A DNA stretch of 62,908 nucleotides, the filler included, from Circinaria calcarea (taxonomy: Eukaryota): the NCBI GenBank assembly GCA_051942165.1. It is 3 parts of 3 records of this genome, joined end to end, with 100 filler letters (N's around TTAATTAATTAA, not from the genome) between each part and the next. Parts side by side here need not be neighbours in the genome. Positions count along the whole stretch, not along the records: positions 21,026 to 41,918 come from JAVECS010000158.1; positions 42,019 to 62,908 come from JAVECS010000159.1; 1 more part is not named here. One strand, given 5' to 3'. How positions within the stretch are numbered: position 1 is the stretch's first letter; each line of letters opens with the position of its first letter. This document shows, piece by piece, positions 35,721-45,883 of the stretch. Both the position numbers and the translations under genes were made by a program. Under the pieces are notes generated by a model. It did no database searches and was not told the DNA's origin. It saw only the letters and a program-made list of their open reading frames with translations.

Positions 35721-36098
35721 GATTGTAGGTGCCTTGCCTATCTGAAAGCGCTTGCTCAGCGCGTATAGCGTAGGGGTTGACAAATGGAAATAAAGCTGAA
35801 AAGCGTTTGACAACCAACGTTCTAGCGTTTTGATTGCTCGTCGAGTATGCCGTTATTGAAAGCATGCTGAGCGGCGCTTTTACGAAAGCTATAACCTGAA
35901 TAACCTATCGTAGGTATACCGGCAGCGAGTAATCGGCGATATAGGAAGTCTATTACAGACTTCCGTGAAAGCGGTCTCTTATAAGCTAAATAGCAGAGCG
36001 TGAGGGGGTTGGGGGTCGCGGTCGAATAGCCGGCGAAAAACTATAACCGGGTATATTTGGCCGTCGGTGGTGGCGAGTATTATTTCGACGCCGGTATG
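35720..36098 (-). mobile_element. RIP-mutated tyrosine-recombinase fragment of a DIRS/Ngaro-type retrotransposon
   Basis: Frameshifted translation HTGVEIILATTDGQIYPVIVFRRLFDRDPQPPHALLF...GYSGYSFRKSAAQHAFNNGILDE/IKTLERWLSNAFQLYF fits the YR consensus HSFRxGAA...LGRWxSxAxxxY. Confidence 0.8.
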
Positions 36099-36101
36099 AT
36101 T

Positions 36102-36248
36102 TGTTGGAAGTCATAGGGCTTACCAAGGCATGTGTTGCATAGGAGGTCCATGCTCAACACTTCCATACATATCATAAAAGCACTTTTTCGCTGCATAAAT
36201 AGTTTAGTTAGTTACATACTCAGGTAGCAATGCCACCATACATATTGC
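36102..36248. repeat. ~150-bp dispersed direct repeat, copy 2
   Basis: Matches 27803-27954. Lies 25 bp past the stop of the minus-strand NACHT gene and abuts the YR fragment. Confidence 0.9.
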
Positions 36249-36272
36249 TGCTCAATAAGTCTCTCCACGCAG

Positions 36273-39200
36273 TCATTTTGGTGTCTCCGCCCACTTGATC
36301 CAAACCGTGAAGAACAATGTAACGAACGAAGCGAACCAGGCCAAAATCGCCAGCTTGTTCGTCAAAGGCATTGGAGCCATTGTACCTCGAGATAAATGAG
36401 CAACGGCGACGAGACTTCCCAGGAAGTACCAGACCAGAATATAGAAAAGGAGTCTATGGATCGTGAAGCTCTCCTCGAATTGCAGTCCCCATACCTCTTC
36501 TCGCTTCACTCCGCTCAGATCTGGTTCGACCTTCTTCCCGATTTTCTTCGGAATAGCAATGATGGCGCGCCTGGAACGCTGGACGTGCGTAGGCTGCTGG
36601 AAATATGCGCGGCTCAGACCAGAAGGACGAATGCCACCCTCGAGTTCTAGATTTCCAGCATTTTGGTCAAGGCCCCAGTCACCGAGTATTTTTTGAACCC
36701 AACGTGGAAACGCGTGGCGAATCCAGTCTACAACTCTGCCATACCAAGCGGCATGTTGTCTCCATTCTTCATATGTAAGTGCATCAGCATGGTGAGACTC
36801 TCGCCATACCTTCATCAAATATTTTTGTCCTACGAGTGGTATGGTCTCAGCAGGACATGGTTCGTACAGCCACATTTGTGGTTCTGGCGGTTCTGCCTTA
36901 GGAGGCCATACATCGGTCTTGAGTATATCGGCGATGTGCTCTTCGGGCTTATCTCCGGCGATCAGTCCAAACTATCAACCGTCAGTTACATGACTTAGAG
37001 ACTCTCCACCAATGCCTTTGTATCGGCCAAAGACATAGGCATTTACCATAACAAATTTAATCACCGTTACCTCATGCATCTTCACAAAGCATCTCCACCA
37101 ATTAGAAATCATGAAATATTCTCGTCGAAAGCGGGAAAATAGAGCACCATCTAGAGTCCTGTCGCTGACGCGAACTTGAACAACTTGATCATCTCCCTTT
37201 GGATTTCGAAAGCAGGGAATGATCCATAAGGTCTGTTTAGAATTCGCGTCTCCAATCTCTGCATTGACCCAATCGCGAGTTCGAACTTCAGAGGGATTTG
37301 GGTCTTGCTCTCTTCTACCTCCAGTTTCTGCGTTTCCACCTGACAGCCTCTGAATACCCAAATCCCCAGATTCCGAGAAGTTGGGCCCTTGTAGTTGAGA
37401 TGTCACCGCAGACCGACTTCGATTGGCATTACCATCTTGGTTGTTGGCAGGTGAATACGTAATTCTCTCGGAATTTGGGGTCCCCACATGGAGACCAAGG
37501 TAATCTTCTGGAGGAGAATCTAAAAGGCTTTCCTCGGTAATAGGTGACAATACTCTCGGATAGTCTACTAAAATCTTTTAGCCTTGAATCGGTTGTATTA
37601 GGCAATAGCTTCTTTCGAGTTACCTTCAGTGAGTCTAGTGTTAGTTTGCTCTTGCAAGTTTGTAGTTATTTCTAAGGGTGATGGCAAAGCCATCCAGACG
37701 ATACAGGCTGGTATCAATATGAGAGCCATGTGAAGCCATATTTCTGTGATTGTAGGAAGCTGTCCAGAAATTAGGAATAATATTAAAGCATAGCTGCCAA
37801 GCAAGGGAAAACAGCCCAAAACGGTTTTGATAATAGCGGTCCTCGAACACAGCCATACTGGTGTTGATTGGGCTGGTACAACTTGTATTTCTCTCCGATA
37901 AGTGTCGTTCAGTGACGCTTGCACCTGCGCAACAGCGCCTGGCTCGATCTCAATAAAGTCATCGTAATACCTGCGATCACAAACCTGTAGCAGCTGAGCC
38001 AACCTTCAAACTTAAGGCCAGAACCAGTCACTTACACAGGTCCAACGAACCCTTTTCATTCCAGGTTCGAGCGGCGTCTCTCCGCCAAGAGCTGGCCGCA
38101 ACTTATACTGCCACACGTTACGTGTCCATGCCGAAATCTTTGCGACCACCTTTCGCTGTAGAGTTCCATGAGCGAGCTTGACAACTAGCTCGGGCTCTGG
38201 TTCCAAGCCCTTAATCTCCGGTATTGTGAGTCGCGGTTCTAAGCGTAGTCGTAACTGTTCTGTTAGTTTCGCAAAAGGCGCATTGAGTATAAGGAATTGC
38301 TGAACTCTTTGGACATTTACATATACTTCAATAACTTCTTCCTGAATCTCTTCCTCTTCCTCCTGCTCGTGCTTGTCATTGAATAGATATTCAGCTTCCG
38401 TGCCAGTTCTAAAAGGTTTTTGAGGCAGCGGTTGGCTCTTTTCCCTGATTTCTCTCGAGACCTGGAGTCCAGTTGTCGGACTCGGAAGACTATTATTTCC
38501 AAAGCCTTTATCCTTTTCTTGCAGAAACCGATCAAGAATTATAACCTTTCCCGGATCCTCGTCGCGTTGACTGCTCCCAGAAAAAGTCTTTACATTATCC
38601 AAGTATCCCGACATGATCACGGTTTCCCTCGCTATGTCACGGGTTCGTTGACCTACCATAAGTGCTGCGACTTGCTCTGAGGGCGCGTTCCCCTTGGCTA
38701 TGAGTTGCAACTCTCGCGAGTAGTCTCGCAGCAGCCTTGAAAAAGAGTGCTCAAAGCCTGCTATTCCTTGTTTGTTCAGGCTTTCAAGAATGATGAGCCT
38801 AAGGTCTTGGTGTGTTGCAAACAGCCTGGCAAATTGATCCGTCACAGTCTCCAGCTGAGAGAAAATTGAAGACTGCGATGAGGTGGAAGATGCGTTGGAA
38901 AATACGCTCGAAGACCATGAGCCGCGAGACGCTGTCTCTTCCGTGTCGTTATCATAGACGGACCCAAAGGCTATAGAGGATGATCGCGAAACATGCGCAT
39001 CGTAATGCTTTTGCGCTTCTTGAGATGAAACCTGACGCTCCGCAATGTTTCCAGCCAATGGCGGTAGGTCGACTTCTTTAAAATGAAGGTTGGTGGCTAG
39101 GAACTCCTTCGCTGAGTTATGAATGAAGCGAAGATACCCCTTGGACGGTTCAAGAAGAACGAATCCACCACAGGCTTCCATTATAGTCGCGGAATCCAGA

Positions 39201-40989
39201 CTTGTTTCAGGGCTTGTCCGGTATTGAAGGGCCCTTTTGAGCATCCCGCAAGTTTCGGTGAAGGACACCGCACCATCTGCCTTCAGCAGAATTGCAATTG
39301 TGAGCTTACCTATAGTCCTTTGACTATCGACTGCGTCCTCCATCTGACTAAGAAGTCTACCATAGAGGCCATGCATCCCAACGGGCATGGAATCTATAGA
39401 CATCTGCATCTCTTTCGGGGTCCGTTGTCGTACAAGATCTCGAAGGACTAGATCCACCCATAAAAACCTGGAACAGTGTGTTATTAGCTTTCTCGGAGAC
39501 GTCGATCTGAAATGTACTTACATGCCTTGTGACAGACCGCTGATTCTGTCGACAATCTGCTGTTGCAACTCAAGCTTTCCTTTAAGACGTCCACTCGACT
39601 GTACTGTGGACTCAACATAGCGCGTTATATCCTTAGATAGGTCGTCATTCTCAGAAATATCTAGCTGATATACCCAGCCCACCTCCAACGTACTCTCCTG
39701 CAAAAACACGTCCAATTGACGAGTTTTTCGACTAGAGACTAGAACACGAACTCTAGCTCTTGAAATTTTCTCGATAAATCTAAATAAATCATGTTGTTCT
39801 TCCTCGGCCAGCTCATCTAATGCATCAATACAAAGATACACCCGACGGAACTTCCCGGCTGCGCATATTAATTCTTCAACAAGTTGAGAATATGTTAGTT
39901 TCCTGCCGAAGTAGCCGGTATTCTCGTATGCCCTGATGATATCAAGAGGCAAGCTTGGGAGCTGTTGAAGTAACTGTCTCAGGAGAGTAGATATTACTCG
40001 GCTTAACATCTGGTGAGCACCCTCGCGGTAATCGATGTAGAAATACGCTACCGCTTGGCTAGAGACAACATTGGCTTCCAGTTGAAGTTCGTCAACTACC
40101 TTTGAGCTGCTATGCAGTGAACAAACGTTTCAAGGAAAAGCTATAACCCTAATATTGAATTACCTACAGAAGAACTGATTTACCGCTTCCAGCTATATAC
40201 TCAGATCAGTTCATAAATTTAATCTCGTGAGCCTTGTACTTACGCGTGCCAATTAAGATGAAAACTCCACTGTCAGACTGACGCCAGCTCGAGAGTACGG
40301 GCGATTGGATCAACCACTCGCAAGTGCCACTCAGTCTAACTGCCCTTTTATCCTGATGTTTGGCATCGAAGTCATATGATGAGATCCACGTAAGAATTTT
40401 CTCTGTTAGCTTACTCAGTCGACTCTCGAAGCTTTAATTCGTAGTTTTGCATCTGCACTGCACTGAGACTTTGCATGCGTTCAAGTTGATCGTGTAGGGC
40501 TCGAATATCGACGTTAGTGGAAGATATCCGCATACTGCCGTAAGAAGCGGTATTAGTATTTCCAATTTGAACAAAGCACCGAATAGAAACATACCTTGCG
40601 TAACTAGATAGAGCGAGTGCAAAGGTAGACTTTTGTCGGTCCAGGTCTCTTTTCAAGCGCTCTATGTCATCCTGTTGTATCAACAATGTTATCACTCGTG
40701 TAAACTTAGGGCTTGAATGATAATTCTCAATAAGTTTCATGATTGATCGTAGGGTTTCCTGGCAAGTCCTAAGTAAATTGTCCGGGACAATCGATTCTTC
40801 TGTCTCGCTGCCGACGACCAACAGTCCGAGGCGTTGGAGGATCTCATAGAGAGCTGAAACTTCGGCTTGGAGGGACTTAAGATTCCTCGCTGTATGCCTG
40901 GTGGATTCAAGCTGTTGGAGAGGGTCGAGTACAAATGGTATAAATCCTAGCAATCCCGCAAAAGATAAGGGTACTTCACCAGCGTCCAT
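36273..40989 (-). CDS. NLR-like STAND protein: SesA/HeLo-like N-terminus + NACHT + large C-terminal region of unknown function with TM helices (no repeat domain)
   Basis: Helical N-terminus (LKSLQAEVSALYEILQRL...IERLKRDLDRQKSTFALAL). GTCEWLI, Walker A GTPGSGKS split over introns, YFYIDYR, LCIDALDE, GM|FLWV, FIHNSAKEFL. Then RVRWTC, YYDDFIE, IPKK, WGLQFEE and hydrophobic segments. The C-terminal part could be a separate gene. Confidence 0.78.
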
Positions 40990-41469
40990 GGTGCCAGTCA
41001 TCAACGAGGATGCTGCGGAGAGAAGTTTGGCGTGGGAAATGGCAGCTATATTAATAGAAAGTGGAGAAACTTTGTGGACTAAAAGGTTCCAGCAGATAAA
41101 AGGAGTAATATAGGGAGGGCACCTATATTGATAGAAGCTATGGGAATACTATGAAACACTAAGGGTGTGCTGAATACATGTGGTGTGCGTGAAAGTGCTA
41201 TGTATGTAGAAGAAAACTCGGGGGATCGCTGGCATGTAGAGGGAAAACCGCGCTCAAATAGCGCTGTTTCCCCGCTTATTTCCCTGCATATTTAACCGTA
41301 ATGTTCGCCTCTTTCTTGGCAGACCTACCTTTGCTGTCCTGCGTATCAGAGCCTATTGAGAATGCAGATTATCGCATCCAGGCTAACCGTAGCCTGACCC
41401 AATAGAATAAGACCATAGCCTTCTCACCTGCATGATGGCCGCCCTCCACACTCACCGTTAGGCCATTTA

Positions 41470-41572
41470 CAGAGTACAGACAGCTCCGGCTAGAATATAC
41501 AGCGGTTGTATTATGAACAATACTAGCCTTAAACCCTGCCTGGTACATTCTAGCCGGAGCTGTCTGTACTCT
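41470..41572. mobile_element. MITE family A, second shorter copy
   Basis: TA-CAGAGTACAGACAGCTCCGGCTAGAATATAC ... GTACATTCTAGCCGGAGCTGTCTGTACTCT. Same TIR as 21547-21688. Confidence 0.85.
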
Positions 41573-41918
41573 TCACATGCAGTAGACTGCCTAGATCGAT
41601 CTAGGAAGTAGCGAGGAGTTTGATAGGAGGACCAAGTTTACTATTGCCTGCTATATAAATATACAAAGGCAATTCCTCTGGCGATGACACCAGCGCTAAG
41701 CATTAAGGAGTAAGATTAGTGGGAGCCTCAGAACCCACCTTCCAAAATATAACGCTCACTATCAGTCACAAAAATACCCACTCATACGAGAACAAAAAAA
41801 TCCCCCATCACTCTAGCATTTTCTCCAGGTTTCATATATTAGAAGTTCTAATTTCTCCAGCTTTCTTTCTGAATGTAACTTTCCTTTTTTTACTTTGACA
41901 CCCCTCAATCCCCACCCC

Positions 41919-42018
41919 NNNNNNNNNNNNNNNNNNNNNNNNNNNNNNNNNNNNNNNNNNNNTTAATTAATTAANNNNNNNNNNNNNNNNNNNNNNNNNN
42001 NNNNNNNNNNNNNNNNNN
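41919..42018. other. Artificial contig-join spacer
   Basis: 44 N + TTAATTAATTAA (41963-41974) + 44 N. Confidence 0.97.
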
Positions 42019-43329
42019 GGGGGACACATGGAGGAAAAGTGGGGTGGTCTTCGGAACCAAAAATCGAGAAGGTTTACACTCCGACACAAGTCTTTTTAAA
42101 TCTACAACCGACTACCCCCGAGGGGATTTAAGATGTCGAGAACGATAGAACTATCTATATCCAGTCAAAGAATCCAAAAAGGACAAGGGAGGCTACCGAC
42201 ATACAACGTCGAACGCAGTGACGATTGCAAAAAATTTTCTCTGCAACTTGAAGTAATATAATTAGGTTCGCTTCTGCTTTATTTATTTTGTTATACGGCT
42301 ATTGCACTGAATAGGTGGAAGCTTCGCTATATTGGTTTTTTCTTCAACGGCGAGGGGCGCTAGCTGTCCCTTTTTTATTCGTGGCTGGGTTATCACGGTA
42401 TGGCTACAGTCTTAGAATAGCCTTATTGTGCGCTTAATAGCTGTTGACCTTCTGGGCCATGGGAAAAGAAGTAAACACTTTTCACACCCCACTGAATAAG
42501 CAAGCTAAAGCTGACAACTGGTAGCATTCCCACTGACGACGATGATTCCGCCAAGGAGGAGTTAAAAACGACCATGACGGATGGGTCTGCAGGCAAGAAG
42601 CGGAAGGCTCCACAGGACCTTTCTGCCTCTACGACAGCAAAGAAGGCCAGGACATCGATAAACCTTTCTGCCCCTACGGCTCCCTAGGACACCCAAGGCT
42701 GCAAAGCAAGCATGGTTGGCAGGCGGAGAAGAAACCAACGAAACGGTTCCATGGCAGAATACCAAGTCAAATTGCCACAGTGGAAGGCAAAACTTGACAA
42801 GATCAAAGGGGGCATATATTTATGCCGTCGTCGACGCCGCTTTCGAGCATCACAAGCCCAAGAGTACTGCAGGCAAACGAACCATTTCTGCCGCGAAATT
42901 TGACGGATGGTACCAAATATCTCCTAGTCATTGGTGGAAGCACCATTCTGGGACAAAGATGTGATTATGCCGCCTGCCTTGCATGCGCAAGCGAAGAATG
43001 CTGATGATTCTGCCTAGCGTCACGGAAAAAGGGTCGCGGCAAGCCTGTAGAGGTAAGTAACAAACTCATCATATTGGTCGAGTTACTCACGATTCTGCCA
43101 CAGTTGACTAAAAAGAACATCCGTTACAAATTCCGCACGTACAAGGCCGTCTGTCTCACTTCGCAGTCGCTAAATTGAAGGCAAAGATCGATCGCTTTGA
43201 GGATTGGGGTAGAAATAAAAAGGTGGCAGTTAGGGAAGATATCGTCGACCCATTAAGATCAGGGCCTGCAGGATTATGTTTGGAAACGGCAGAATTAGAT
43301 GAGGATGCAGAGGAAGAGAGCCCGAGACA

Positions 43330-43357
43330 GAGGAGGAGGAGGAGGAGGAGGAGGAGG
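43330..43357. repeat. (GAG)n microsatellite
   Basis: Run of about 9 GAG units. Confidence 0.85.
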
Positions 43358-43552
43358 GTGGCGACTAAGGCGGCGGAAATGCGATCTGTTGCGGCAGAAA
43401 GAAGGCGCCGTCGAGAGACAATAGATGGGAAAATCTTCTATGGGCTAGTGAGCAGAAAAGAAACTTCTTTCCGGAGATATTTAGGATAATGGCACTTTCA
43501 TTACGCATCATGACAGATCGGTACTTAATGCAAAAAAAAAACTACGTACCTA

Positions 43553-43769
43553 CTGTGGTCGCAGGCATAACAGATGTTGATGCGGGTTTCGATCAACTCC
43601 GATAGACTCAGCAAAGGCTGGATAAAATCTTTTCAAACAGAGGTTGTAATATGGAGGGCATCCTCCGGTGTACATTCCGTCTTTCTATATGAAGGCAAAC
43701 TGTCGTTTAGGCCTTCCATAATTATTGCAAGAGGACAACGCTAACGTCTGTTATGCCTGCGACCATGAG
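43553..43769. mobile_element. MITE family C, ~217 bp
   Basis: TGGTCGCAGGCATAACAGATGTT (43556) pairs with AACGTCTGTTATGCCTGCGACCA (ends 43765). TA just outside both ends. Confidence 0.75.
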
Positions 43770-45653
43770 TAAATCGTTCGCTCGATTATCCCAACTATCT
43801 ATATAAGATTCCTGTTTTATACTCATTTATCTACGTAACCGCTATAACAGGCAAGCCTTCTAGTAAGGAAGTACAAGAAACAAACCCAATACCGTTCATA
43901 GGTTTCCCGTCCTGTCCCAAAAACCAGGAAGTGGAAACCCACAATGGTCTATCGTAGAGCATCCATCCCACTGGCATGTGCCCAGCGTGTATGTGAGTTG
44001 TTCCATAACAGCAACCAGCGTAGATAATGGCCGGGGGGTATCTTACCATCACTCTACACAACAGTGGCGTGGATCGCGCACTGTCTTATTTAGATCAACG
44101 AACGGGGCGTATCGAAGGATCGTAAGGAGACTCAAAGGACACAGATGATAGGTTGCTTCGTAGTAGGGCCCTAGATAACCGACAAATCGTAACCGTAAAT
44201 CATAACAGAACCCAACATACTTATTGCGTGGGACTGGAAAGTGCGGTCTGTGAAATTGAAGGTCACCGTAAGCTGATGTCAGCACTGTCGCGCCCCGTTT
44301 GACCCAAGTCAAATGTTATACATGTCAACAAAGAGGTCCTGCCTACGCCACTATAGGCTGAAAGTACGCTTCGTATTTGAAAGTGTTGTGCCGCTGAGGA
44401 TCCTTGGAGACGCAGGTGATGCCTACTCGCCGATACAGCAAGGATCTATGGGTCTAACTTCTCGTCTACGGGTGGGTTTTCTCCACGCCATAACCGTGCA
44501 TCATCTTCACCGACACTCGGATAAAGGGAGAATCATCGGAGAAAGGTCCGTACTCGGGGAATCAGGATGCGGCAAGCCCATTGTTACTCTGCGACATGAT
44601 AGAACTGGTGCGGATGAGAGACAGTGTTGCAGGTGAAGGAAGAGGAATGAGTGAATTCGCTATCGTCCAATTGAGCCAAGTGGCTCTGTAAAACGGAAGA
44701 AAGAATGAATACTGGCGGTGTGCGAACGTTCATGTCCATGTCCATCAAGATAAGCACAAAGCGGCTGTCGCCTCTCGGTTCCTAAGGAACATATTGACCA
44801 GGGTGCCCTCGTCAGGCAGCTCGTGTTAGCAAGCACGGTCGTGTAGACTGTAGAGGAACTAGTATTCCTGCGGGATGAATTCCAAAGGATCAATCCCTTA
44901 TGATTCCTTCCCCAACTTCGCACCCCGGTTGCGGCCAATCGACCTGTAGACGTCTCTTGCTAGATCTGAAGCTTCTGCACCGCCAACACATCGACGCCTT
45001 AGCTGTTCTCAATCCTTCTGAATGCGACGAGACAGAGATAGGTAGGAGGGTTGTGGCAGAGATCACCGGTGCTGATACGATCAGCAAGCCAGGCCGGGGG
45101 AACGATAGCCTGAGGTTGAATATACAAGGGGATGTTGCTTCCGTCTAAATCCGCAGAGCCTGATTCGCCATCCACAGATGGAAGGCGCTGCAGCAAGTCA
45201 GTGACACCTTAGTGCAAAGGAGGAGCGGCTCCAAAGCACGTTTTCGGAAATAGTCGCCGCTTTCGCCGAGAAGATGCTCTAAGCGAGCGGCCTATACTGC
45301 GAAGAGATTAGCAGGAAGTCCGGTTCTAGGATGCTGGAAAAAGGGCATGCTGGAAGGATGATAGCAGTAGGGACGCCTAGGTAAGAATCCATCCACCCTG
45401 CAGCGGAGTAAGATGCGGGAGGATTGCGGCAGCTCCGCAGACTAGGATATTCAACGAGAGGGTGTGGTGGGAGCGGGGAATGGATGGCTGTGCCGTAATG
45501 CTGTCAGATCAGACAGAGGTATTGCCAAGTTTGGGGTATATGGCTCAAATTCACATGGACAAAGATCTGAGATCAGTGGGAGATATGGACATTTGGACCG
45601 AGCCCTCACGCTCTCTGGCCGAGCTCCTCGAAGCTACCTCTGAATGCCCTCCA

Positions 45654-45690
45654 TGATCATCATCGTCGTCGTCGTCATCATCATCATCCA
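45654..45690. repeat. (TCA/TCG)n microsatellite
   Basis: TCATCATCGTCGTCGTCGTCATCATCATCATC. Confidence 0.8.
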
Positions 45691-45883
45691 GATGCATGCT
45701 CATGGAGCTTGAAATCGTAATGCAAGACAAAGACGCCTCTTCAGATCCTTGGTGCCACCTCTCGTGCCCAAGAAGACGCACGGGTGACATGCACCCCAAT
45801 TAGAGAATTGAATGTCAGATTGACATGGCTGACAGACGGGCCATGTTTATGCGTGGATATGTAAAAGACGTAAAAGACAAGTT

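Noticed and set aside
35720..36098. Starship captain (DUF3435) tyrosine recombinase
   Set aside because: The motifs (HSFRxGAA, LGRWxS) fit DIRS/Ngaro-type YR, and the fragment is short, internal and degraded.
29137..41000. Amyloid signalling motif (HET-s/PP/sigma) linking the NLRs to an effector
   Set aside because: No N/Q/G-rich pseudo-repeat was seen at either NLR N-terminus or in nearby small ORFs. Both NLRs carry fused N-terminal domains.
42550..43490. Possible hAT/BED-finger transposase fragment (SHWWKH..C..C)
   Set aside because: Similarity is too weak and fragmentary to support without a profile search.
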